A stretch of DNA of 64,000 nucleotides, taken from the IMG/VR virus record IMGVR_UViG_3300034110_001237, positions 97,698 to 161,697 of that record. The stretch is one strand, 5' to 3'. The DNA is from a virus. A program made the translations under genes and the position numbers. Shown here in pieces: positions 10,331-18,153 of this stretch (positions within the stretch are counted from its first letter, which is position 1; each line of letters opens with the position of its first letter). The notes under the pieces were generated by a model. That model was given only the letters and a program-made list of their open reading frames with translations. It was not told where the DNA came from and searched no databases.

Positions 10331-10359
10331 TTGCCTTACCGATAAAGTTTTGATAGAAT
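10331..10359 (+). promoter_or_regulatory. sigma70-type promoter for tRNA-Cys
   Basis: TTGCCT-17-TAGAAT with upstream A-tract. Confidence 0.65.
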
Positions 10360-10405
10360 ATCTACATTGAATGAGCAAAGCAATACGCTCTCAATGCCTT
10401 AAAAT

Positions 10406-10479
10406 GGCTGCTTGGCAGAATGGTCATGTACCGGATTGCAAATCCGAGTATGGGGGTTCGATTCCCTCAGCAGCCTCCA
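10406..10479 (+). tRNA. tRNA-Cys(GCA)
   Basis: acceptor GGCTGCT/AGCAGCC, anticodon loop TTGCAAA, T-arm GGGGG-TTCGATT-CCCTC, U73 discriminator, encoded CCA. Confidence 0.95.
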
Positions 10480-10491
10480 ACTTTAAAACAT

Positions 10492-10518
10492 AAAAAGACA
10501 TCTTAGGATGTCTTTTTT
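10492..10518. terminator. bidirectional intrinsic terminator
   Basis: AAAAAGACATC-TTAG-GATGTCTTTTT; near-identical copy at 14732-14759. Confidence 0.85.
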
Positions 10519-10531
10519 ATTGTCTTCATTC

Positions 10532-11077
10532 TTAATTATTTGTGGTTTGTTCTATTTCTGGTGTGTCGATTGCCATTGTTGTTTTTTCGTCACTGCTTTT
10601 AAGGTTAATTGTTTTTACTGCATATTCTGGCTTGTTCATTTCTTCGTATAGATAGTAAGCGACATTACCTGTTATTCCCATATATTTTTTCATGTCATAT
10701 TCGATTACATGTTTTGCATTAACAATGGCTTGATGATTTATATCTGGAAACAAATCTTCTAGTTTTCCTTTGTAAACCATTTTGTCGAACATAATAGCTT
10801 TCATGTTTCTTAAATCATGAATAACCATAATCAATATGACCAATGGAATGCTAACTGCAGCATAACCAGCCATTAAGTAATAGTACCAATCTGGCATTAT
10901 TGATAATGGAGCCAATAACAAAATCATCATTCCCACGAGTGGCACCATCAAAAAGAGAGTTAATTTAAATAATTTAGGATCTCTTTTTTTATCATACTCT
11001 ACCTTATTTTTTTTGAAGTATTCAAAATTTTTTATAAATTCTTTTTTTGCTAATTTTTCTTTCATATTATTCACCAT
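10532..11077 (-). CDS. two-TM membrane protein (paralog of 14761..15285)
   Basis: KEF..FE..KKN, M.YKG...DLF, GITG..AY shared with paralog. Confidence 0.8.
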   Translation of the reverse strand: MVNNMKEKLAKKEFIKNFEYFKKNKVEYDKKRDPKLFKLTLFLMVPLVGMMILLLAPLSIMPDWYYYLMAGYAAVSIPLVILIMVIHDLRNMKAIMFDKMVYKGKLEDLFPDINHQAIVNAKHVIEYDMKKYMGITGNVAYYLYEEMNKPEYAVKTINLKSSDEKTTMAIDTPEIEQTTNN

Positions 11078-11217
11078 TCCTTTAAATTATCCTATTATTT
11101 TATTGATGAATGTCAAATATCAAAGAACTATCCATTTGAATATATTTATGTTAAATAAACTTGACATTATATATTTTTTTGAATATAATACAGACTCAAC
11201 TTATTGGAGAATCGAAA

Positions 11218-11553
11218 ATGAAAAAAATGTCTATTTTGGCCGCTATTAGTATGTCGCTTGCATTTGTTATTGGTTCGCAAGCTATTGCGTCAGAAACTGT
11301 TGTTCAAAGTCAACCTGTAACCTCTGTTACGCCTCTTATTGTTGAAGCCACTCCATTTATGGATGTAAAACAGGTGATTTCTGATAGTCCATTGGTTGCA
11401 CATACAGCCGAATATATTGCACATGTTCGTTGTCAAGATGAAGCCCGTGTAATGGTATTTAAAGATAGCCAAGGCGTATTGAAGTCGGTTCAATATACTG
11501 CCAGTAATATGAATGGTTGCACTGATGGTGATGGTGGAGTCAATTATCTTTAA
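11218..11553 (+). CDS. small secreted protein
   Basis: signal peptide MKKMSILAA...AIA; GGAG RBS. Confidence 0.75.
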   Translation: MKKMSILAAISMSLAFVIGSQAIASETVVQSQPVTSVTPLIVEATPFMDVKQVISDSPLVAHTAEYIAHVRCQDEARVMVFKDSQGVLKSVQYTASNMNGCTDGDGGVNYL

Positions 11554-11607
11554 CTAGAATACAAGAAAAAAGGTTAGCATGTTCTAACCTTTTTTATTTT
11601 AGATTTT

Positions 11608-13431
11608 TTACTGTCTACATATTCTATACATTTCTTCCGAAGATCCTACTTCATCTATTATAGCAGAACCTACATAAGTGCTTCTTGTATAGGTATATCC
11701 ACCGGCAGCTACAGAAGCTGCGTTCGATCTTAATGTAGCTACAGTTACTCCACCATATCTCCAAGTTTGATATCGGCTTGAACCATTATATATTACTCCA
11801 TTTGATGAGCTATATGCTGGACAAATAATACTGCTTGTTGTGGTTACTGATACAGATTTTACTGGACTATATCTTGTAACTCCATTTAAAGATTTCTTAG
11901 CACTTGCATAATATGTAGTGGTTGTTACAGCAGATGATGCGGTTGATGGTAAGTTTGATTCTGCTGTTCCTGCACTATTCATTCCCTGTAACGTAGCTCC
12001 AGTGCTATATCCAGATCCAGAAAACGTAATTGCAGTGGATTGCACAACCGATGTGCTTACAGCTCCATTTACAGTAAACGTTGTAAATGTTGGGTTGCTT
12101 TCAACAACAACAGTTTTAGTTGATTCAGTTTCGACATTGGCTTCATTTATAGCTATTACGGTGTAAACATATGTGCCTGCTGCTGTTGGTGTTATTGCTG
12201 TTGATGTCAAAACACCTAAATCAACATTATTCGTAGAAATACCTGAATTAGCATTATTTGATTTTATCTTATAGCTTGTAGCACCGCTTGATGAGAATGA
12301 TAATGTGAATGGTGCATTTGCAAACACTGTAGATGGGGCTGTAATTGAAGGTGAAGTTGCGGGCTGTATCACATTGACTGTAATTTTTTCTTGTATGGAT
12401 TTTCCAGCTCCATTTTTGTTTATATATACATAATCTTTCGAACCTGTTAATGGTGCTACTAATGTTTTACTTTGACCAGTTACATTTACATTATCTAGTA
12501 ACTGTTCTTCAAAACCACTTCCAACCCAATTAAAATTAAGGTTGCTGTTTGGCCCTACTTTAATAGTAGTTGGTACACCATTTACAGTAAATGAACTAAT
12601 TATTGGCTCTGGGTACACTGTTATACTTTTCTTTTTATTAATTTTAGTCCCGCTAAAATTTGTCGATTCCAATGTATAGTCAAAATTTCCGACTGTTGTT
12701 GTTAAAATTGATTTTGTGCCTGATGGCAAGTTTACTTGTGAACCATCAAAAGTTAACAATTCAGATCCTTCAACATTCCAATTGAAAATAGCGGTATCAC
12801 CAACAGTTAATTTTTCTTTATCCACATTGAAAGAATTTATTATGGAGTCAGGAACAACTTCAATTGATAATGATTTTGATAAATCTGATATTCCAGTGTA
12901 ACCTTTTGCTGTTAATGTATATGTTGTAGTTGATTGTGGATGAACAGTTGTATTGCTATTCAATGACACATTACCAATTCCATTATTAATGCTTACAGCA
13001 TTTGAATTGAGCACATTCCAGTTTAATTTAGCTGATTGACCCATACCGATTCTTTGAATATCGCTTGTAAAAGTAATTTCTTGTTCAGGTTGAATGACAT
13101 TCAATGTGAGTTTTTCTTGTCTATTATTTTTACCATTACTTATTGTAATTAAATATTCTGTTGTTTCGAGAGGGGCTACATCTGCAAGTCCTTTTTTTGA
13201 GTTATAAGAACCAATATTTTCTATGTTAATGTTATTAGCATATTTATAATCCCAAACAATACTGGTTTCTTCACCTCTTTTTATTATTGGCTTTTTTAGC
13301 TTTATTTCTCCGTTAACTTCGCTATCTTTTATAATTATTTTGTTACCATCCAATGGAACATAAACATTATAGTCTGCAAAACTGTTTCCGCTTAATAAAG
13401 CAATAATTATTAGATATTTATTTTTATTCAT
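11608..13431 (-). CDS. large secreted protein with tandem Ig/PKD-like beta repeats, 'ADY' family
   Basis: signal peptide SFA-DYNVYVPLDG; repeated ~80-aa units (I.SF...L.W...Y.L.A.N). Confidence 0.75.
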   Translation of the reverse strand: MNKNKYLIIIALLSGNSFADYNVYVPLDGNKIIIKDSEVNGEIKLKKPIIKRGEETSIVWDYKYANNINIENIGSYNSKKGLADVAPLETTEYLITISNGKNNRQEKLTLNVIQPEQEITFTSDIQRIGMGQSAKLNWNVLNSNAVSINNGIGNVSLNSNTTVHPQSTTTYTLTAKGYTGISDLSKSLSIEVVPDSIINSFNVDKEKLTVGDTAIFNWNVEGSELLTFDGSQVNLPSGTKSILTTTVGNFDYTLESTNFSGTKINKKKSITVYPEPIISSFTVNGVPTTIKVGPNSNLNFNWVGSGFEEQLLDNVNVTGQSKTLVAPLTGSKDYVYINKNGAGKSIQEKITVNVIQPATSPSITAPSTVFANAPFTLSFSSSGATSYKIKSNNANSGISTNNVDLGVLTSTAITPTAAGTYVYTVIAINEANVETESTKTVVVESNPTFTTFTVNGAVSTSVVQSTAITFSGSGYSTGATLQGMNSAGTAESNLPSTASSAVTTTTYYASAKKSLNGVTRYSPVKSVSVTTTSSIICPAYSSSNGVIYNGSSRYQTWRYGGVTVATLRSNAASVAAGGYTYTRSTYVGSAIIDEVGSSEEMYRICRQ

Positions 13432-13617
13432 TTTATTAATCTATTATAGTTATTTATAAATATTATTGTATAACATATTTAACACATAACAATATCTTTA
13501 TTCTATTTTTCTTAATTTTTAACTTGCTCATTGTAAATTTAGAAACTATCCATTTGCATATAGGTTTGTATATCGTATACTCTTTATAAATTATTTTTAT
13601 AATATATGGAGATTATT

Positions 13618-14160
13618 ATGATCAATACAACAACCATTGAGATGGTTAACCATCCTTTTTCTATTACCGCACTTAATTTGTTGCAAAAAGACTTAGAAAT
13701 TTGTGCAAAAAAAATGAAAAAAGTTGGACATGTTTCACTTTTGTTCTTTGCTATTTTGACTTATTTTGGACTTTCTTATATATGGACCTCTGACTTTGTT
13801 ATTCACTTTTATTTAGGTGATAGAGTGATGCCAACAGAGACTGTTGGCAAAATGTTAGTGGATTATCGTCTTTACAAAACGAAAATGGGTTTTTCATTCA
13901 TTTATCTGTTGTTTACTGTCGGAATATCACTTTTGGCTTTAATGGGGGTAGATCGTCTTTTAGTAAAACATGTTGACATGACGATTGATGGAGAAGCCAT
14001 ATTCTTAAACCGAAAAGATTTAGAACCTGTCAAGAAAATTGAGCAGAAAATGATTGCTAAGAATAATGATGTTAGCATCATGTATCAAAACATCTTGAAT
14101 CAAGGTCGTGAGGTTCGAAAATTTGAATATACCTTTATGAAAAAGCTTGCAAAAAAATAA
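13618..14160 (+). CDS. two-TM membrane protein
   Basis: GGAG RBS; two hydrophobic segments. Confidence 0.75.
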   Translation: MINTTTIEMVNHPFSITALNLLQKDLEICAKKMKKVGHVSLLFFAILTYFGLSYIWTSDFVIHFYLGDRVMPTETVGKMLVDYRLYKTKMGFSFIYLLFTVGISLLALMGVDRLLVKHVDMTIDGEAIFLNRKDLEPVKKIEQKMIAKNNDVSIMYQNILNQGREVRKFEYTFMKKLAKK

Positions 14161-14225
14161 TTGCGAGCACATCTATTTTGTGTTAAAATCATATAATTAA
14201 AAGCAGTTTCAGTTAGGAGAATGTT

Positions 14226-14375
14226 ATGCCTAAGATTTCAATTGAACAGATCCGAACAGCCAACCAAAAGCTTATGGCGGGTAAAGGTGGTTCTGTTAAA
14301 AGCTATGCTTCCAAACTTTCTCAATATGACATCAATGAGATGTTGAAGAAAGCTTTTCATTCCTTGCCACAATAA
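14226..14375 (+). CDS. 49-aa hypothetical protein (not in ORF track)
   Basis: AGGAG RBS; MPKISIEQIRTANQKLMAGKGG...HSLPQ; fills gap before next gene. Confidence 0.65.
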   Translation: MPKISIEQIRTANQKLMAGKGGSVKSYASKLSQYDINEMLKKAFHSLPQ

Positions 14376-14386
14376 TTGGAGGTCAC

Positions 14387-14713
14387 ATGACCAAGAAAAA
14401 AGTATTTGAACCTATCTTTAATGCTGATGGTAATTTCGTGGTGCTTGGTTATGATCCATTTTATTGTCAGTGGGATAATCCGGCACATCGTGCTATTCAT
14501 GATTTATTGTTTGATTCGGATGGTAATCTAAATGAGAAATTTGATGGTAATTTGACTGATGATATTCAAGATCTTGAAGAGTTCATTCAGGAATTGTTTA
14601 AGAAAAATCCGTCAGTATCTCCATTGTGTGATGCGGTTCATTTGTATTTCGCGGAACTGGCGTCCAGTGCAACCAATCAGCAGTATTCAGTTGCCAGTAT
14701 GTTCAAGCGGTAG
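14387..14713 (+). CDS. hypothetical acidic protein
   Basis: GGAGG RBS. Confidence 0.75.
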   Translation: MTKKKVFEPIFNADGNFVVLGYDPFYCQWDNPAHRAIHDLLFDSDGNLNEKFDGNLTDDIQDLEEFIQELFKKNPSVSPLCDAVHLYFAELASSATNQQYSVASMFKR

Positions 14714-14760
14714 TATTTTAGCAAACTAAATAAAAAAGACATCTAGGATGTCTTTTTTTG

Positions 14761-15285
14761 TTAATCAATTTCTAATCGTTTTAAACCATGTACTCTGGCA
14801 ATTTCATCAATGGCTTGTTGTTCAATAGAAGGTGTTGTTGCGTTATGGATAATCTCCTTATCCGTAAATCCATGATGAATTTTGTACGCAGTTTCTCCTG
14901 TAATTCCACCTTTATAGAGAATGTCTGCTCTTATTTGTTCTTTGTAATAATTTATGACAGGATGTTCGATGTTGGAAAATAGATCGGATATTAAACCTTT
15001 GTAAATCATGTTATTAAATTTTGTTATTTTTCGGTTTAAAAAAGATTCAAGAAATGATATGGCAAATGTGAACAAACCACCAAAAACAAAAAATGTCCAT
15101 AAATAGTTCATATAAAGATTATATTCTTCATCATCTAATATTGTTGCTACTTTTGTCCCAAATCCTATTGTCATCACTAAAAATAGCATCAGTATAACGA
15201 GTCCATATGATTTAATTTTATATTTGTAATCGTTAGGATTTTTTTTGTAAAATTCAAATCTTTCTAAAAATTCTTTGTTTTTCAT
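14761..15285 (-). CDS. two-TM membrane protein (paralog of 10532..11077)
   Basis: AAGGAG RBS before ATG at 15285; shared motifs. Confidence 0.8.
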   Translation of the reverse strand: MKNKEFLERFEFYKKNPNDYKYKIKSYGLVILMLFLVMTIGFGTKVATILDDEEYNLYMNYLWTFFVFGGLFTFAISFLESFLNRKITKFNNMIYKGLISDLFSNIEHPVINYYKEQIRADILYKGGITGETAYKIHHGFTDKEIIHNATTPSIEQQAIDEIARVHGLKRLEID

Positions 15286-15440
15286 GATACACTCCTTTAT
15301 TATTTTACAGTTTATTAGTAAAAAAAAATTAATCAAATTTATTCAAAAAACTCCTTGAAAGGTATTGATTGCTTCGTTTCTTTTTGCTAGAATGGCTACA
15401 TTGATGAGATGACAACTCAAAAGTCACTCAGAATTGTAAC

Positions 15441-15543
15441 GCGGATGTGTGAGCGTAATAGGAGAGTTGGCCGTCCGTCCTTGAATAAAGGTTGCTCTAC
15501 TGTTGTATTGGTAACGTAGGTTCAAATCCTACCATCTGCACCA
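15441..15543 (+). ncRNA. tRNA-like RNA with expanded anticodon arm
   Basis: acceptor GCGGATG/CATCTGC + A + CCA; T-arm GTAGG-TTCAAAT-CCTAC; no 7-nt anticodon loop; promoter TTGATT-17-TAGAAT 15365-15393. Confidence 0.7.
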
Positions 15544-15587
15544 AATTTCTTGATTGTTGTGATGGCTTGTGGTATAATCATCACATC

Positions 15588-15756
15588 AAACGAATTAGGA
15601 GCCTTCGTCAAAGAAGGTTGGATAGCAGCGGTGTCGCGGGCAAGCTATCAAGAAAGGTGAGAAATACTCCCTTTCATAGTAACAAAGTCCATCAGGGTGC
15701 TGTTTGCCTTGATTAAAACGCTTAGGTGAAGCGGTTCTTTGTTACGAACTTATTTG
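15588..15756 (+). ncRNA. unknown structured RNA, copy 1
   Basis: own promoter TTGATT-17-TATAAT 15550-15578; multibranch fold co-varying with copy 2. Confidence 0.75.
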
Positions 15757-15760
15757 TCAA

Positions 15761-15825
15761 TTAGCGAAGGAATTATAGTCCTAGTGGCTATGATTAAAAC
15801 GGTTAGGTGGACTGGCCTTCGTTAA
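15761..15825 (+). ncRNA. extra stand-alone copy of the 3-way-junction sub-module
   Basis: TTAGCGAAGG/CCTTCGTTAA outer stem; TGATTAAAAC-GGTT-AGGTG-GACTG-G core. Confidence 0.65.
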
Positions 15826-15880
15826 GACCAATTTTAAAGGTTGTTATTTACAGGTAATTGATGTATAATAACTTCCAGTT

Positions 15881-16053
15881 AAACGAATACGGAGCAGCAG
15901 TTAAATGTTGCTGAATGGTAGCGGTGGTCGGGCGAGCCATTGTGTGAAGGGGAGGTGATTTCTTAGTCCCTCTCTTAGCAACAAGGGAATTAAGATGTTG
16001 TTTGTCTTGATTAACACGGTTGGGTGAACCGGCCCTTGTTGCAAACCTTATTC
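15881..16053 (+). ncRNA. unknown structured RNA, copy 2
   Basis: own promoter TTGTTA-17-TATAAT 15841-15869; terminator 16059-16081; same loops as copy 1 with different stems. Confidence 0.75.
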
Positions 16054-16088
16054 CAAAGAGTTGTCGATGACAGCTTTTTTTGTTTTAT

Positions 16089-16263
16089 GCCCTATAGTCT
16101 AATGGATAATCATTGACAGACTGACAAATTAGTCAGAATCATTCAGGTTAAACTGAATGTGAAGTTGAAAATGGTAACTTTTCGGTTCATGCAAAACCGA
16201 AAAGGAGGACGCCACGTATGTATGTTGGTGGAGATGCAGGTTCGATTCCTGCTTAGGGTACCA
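16089..16263 (+). ncRNA. tRNA-like RNA with ~100-nt multi-hairpin insert in anticodon arm
   Basis: GCCCTA/TAGGGT + A + CCA; D-loop-like GTCTAATGGATA; T-arm GCAGG-TTCGATT-CCTGC; CATTGACA/TGTTGGTG stem enclosing four hairpins. Confidence 0.7.
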
Positions 16264-16286
16264 ATTTAATGAATGTGGAGATTATC

Positions 16287-16499
16287 ATGATTAAGAATAA
16301 CGAATTTGCAAGTGATTATGCTAAACAACTTGTATCTAACATGACTCTTGAACAACGCCAAATGGCATTTAAACACCTTGAAAGTTTTTTTGATGAAGTT
16401 ACAATTGCAACCATGAAATATGATGCACAATACATTGGTGAAGAGCGAGCAGCGATGGACCGTGCCCTTGCTGAGTTGGATGCTAAACCTTCTGTTTAA
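16287..16499 (+). CDS. hypothetical protein
   Basis: GGAG RBS before ATG at 16287. Confidence 0.7.
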   Translation: MIKNNEFASDYAKQLVSNMTLEQRQMAFKHLESFFDEVTIATMKYDAQYIGEERAAMDRALAELDAKPSV

Positions 16500-16515
16500 T
16501 GGGATACCTTTTTAT

Positions 16516-16568
16516 TGGTGAATACTCAATTTATTGAGGTCGTAGGCTAATCCCTTCTTCACCAGCCA
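16516..16568 (+). ncRNA. minimal tRNA-like RNA / tRNA pseudogene lacking the anticodon arm
   Basis: TGGTGAA/TTCACCA + G + CCA; TA-CTCAATT D-arm start; GAGGTC-GTAGG variable/T-arm; degenerate T-loop. Confidence 0.55.
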
Positions 16569-16571
16569 GAT

Positions 16572-16682
16572 TTGCTGTAGGCTCTTGTAGCCTGTCCGAC
16601 CGGGTTGTGACCGGGCAGTACCAGACGGTACCCATTTAGGTGGAGTCAATAAGGCGTAGGTAACTGGTTCCTATTGCAGCAA
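16572..16682 (+). ncRNA. candidate multi-hairpin RNA
   Basis: closing stem TTGCTGTAG/TTGCAGCAA enclosing about six short hairpins. Confidence 0.55.
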
Positions 16683-16712
16683 TGATATTATTAACACTAT
16701 TGAGAGAATATT

Positions 16713-16748
16713 ATGCCGACATATGAAAAAATCTGGACACGATTATAA
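16713..16748 (+). CDS. putative leader uORF MPTYEKIWTRL
   Basis: GAGAG RBS; stops just before the hairpin ACCCT-AGG-AGGGT that hides the next RBS. Confidence 0.4.
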   Translation: MPTYEKIWTRL

Positions 16749-16773
16749 AATGTTAACCCTAGGAGGGTAAATT

Positions 16774-16935
16774 ATGTCCAGAAGTGTAAAAGGCAGTAAA
16801 GGTTGTGGTTATGAATATTGGTCTAAACGTCCTATGTGCTATTCTTCTCCCGGTCGTTGGGCAAAGCAGAAATGCCATAGAATTGAAAGACAACATGATA
16901 AAGAGTTAATCAGAACTGAACTCAAAGATCTTTGA
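16774..16935 (+). CDS. 53-aa basic protein MSRSVKGSKGCGYEYWSKRP... (not in ORF track)
   Basis: AGGAGG RBS; Arg/Lys-rich. Confidence 0.75.
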   Translation: MSRSVKGSKGCGYEYWSKRPMCYSSPGRWAKQKCHRIERQHDKELIRTELKDL

Positions 16936-17086
16936 GTGGTTCTTACAGAGCAAGACCTGCATTAAGTGAAGACTGGCAGCTTGATACGGGAATTATACCG
17001 GCCCAGCGGAATAGTGGAGCGAGAGGTGTAAACCTTGACCTTAGAAGCGATGATTTCCGGTGACTTGGTGGTGGAATTAGAACCAC
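16936..17086 (+). ncRNA. candidate multibranch RNA
   Basis: closing stem GTGGTTCT/AGAACCAC; internal hairpins including GAGGT-GTAA-ACCTT; terminator 17104-17130. Confidence 0.5.
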
Positions 17087-17147
17087 ATAGTACATAGTAC
17101 GGGAAAAGACTTCTTATGAAGTCTTTTTTTTATTCTTTTTTAAGCTG

Positions 17148-17780
17148 TTACATTTTTAAGCGTCTTTTTGTTTCTAGTTTTGGTTTTGGCGTTTCTCTAT
17201 TTGCTGCCAAATTAATCCATTGAGTGTCTTCTCTACCTTGTTTATCTATACTATGAGATAATTTTACATTTCCAAAAAGTTTTGATTCGTCAATTATTTT
17301 TGTTAATTCTGGTATGGTATAATAACTGAAAAATCTTCCTTTTGGATCGCTTGATTCACCTTCACCTGCCTTAAAGCTTGCATATATTTTTGCCCCTTCT
17401 CGCATGCTTTCAGCAATATTTTTTAAAGCATCTTTTAATTCATTTTTGTTCAAATGAAGTAATGAAGCCATACACCAGACACCATCAAATTCATTTTTCC
17501 AATTTATTTCTGAAAATGTTTTATTTTCAACAACAACACCAGAATTGTGTTTAGCAATTTCAACCAATTCTTTTGAGGCATCTATACCTTGCACATTAAA
17601 TCCTAAATTTTTGAACGCCAGTAAATCACGACCTGAACCGCAACCCGCATCCAATATTTTTGCACCTACTGGTAAGTTCTTTGTAAATTCCTTGTGAAGA
17701 TCGGAAATGTCCAAGTTTATAGTGCTTTGAGCGTACTCATCAGCATTCTTATTGTAATAATCTATCGTCTCTTTATTCAT
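17148..17780 (-). CDS. class I SAM-dependent methyltransferase
   Basis: ILDAGCGSGRD, GIDAS, FDGVWCMASLLH. Confidence 0.9.
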   Translation of the reverse strand: MNKETIDYYNKNADEYAQSTINLDISDLHKEFTKNLPVGAKILDAGCGSGRDLLAFKNLGFNVQGIDASKELVEIAKHNSGVVVENKTFSEINWKNEFDGVWCMASLLHLNKNELKDALKNIAESMREGAKIYASFKAGEGESSDPKGRFFSYYTIPELTKIIDESKLFGNVKLSHSIDKQGREDTQWINLAANRETPKPKLETKRRLKM

Positions 17781-17886
17781 AATATTCTTTTCTGTTGATT
17801 ATTTACATTGTACCACATTTTTTTGTTGTTTAAAGCTTGAAGAAGTGCTATAATCTTTCCATACAAACACACAAAGGTGCTTTACC

Positions 17887-18153
17887 ATGATCAGTGAACG
17901 AGTTTCGGTTAATAACTATGTTGTTCGTTTCTACACCAAAGTAGAAGACGCCCGTGATGCGGCTAAATACGAACATATGCAAGTCTGCCAGTATGGTAAA
18001 GATAATCGGTTTATCATCACACCAAACAAAGATGCTGAGCACCCTGAGTTGATTGATACCACTGGCGTTATTTTCAGTAAGCGTTCGCAGGAAAATGACA
18101 GCACTGTTAAGGTTTGGGTGACTGAGTTTGTGGCTGAACTCACCGTTGTCTAA
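17887..18153 (+). CDS. hypothetical protein
   Basis: TGCTATAAT promoter, AAGGT RBS. Confidence 0.7.
   Translation: MISERVSVNNYVVRFYTKVEDARDAAKYEHMQVCQYGKDNRFIITPNKDAEHPELIDTTGVIFSKRSQENDSTVKVWVTEFVAELTVV

Noticed and set aside
15492-15716. 74-aa ORF in the track
   Set aside because: No RBS; overlaps a tRNA-like element, a promoter and a co-varying RNA, so probably spurious.
16119-16222. Group I intron in a tRNA anticodon loop
   Set aside because: About 100 nt is too short and no P7 core is visible.
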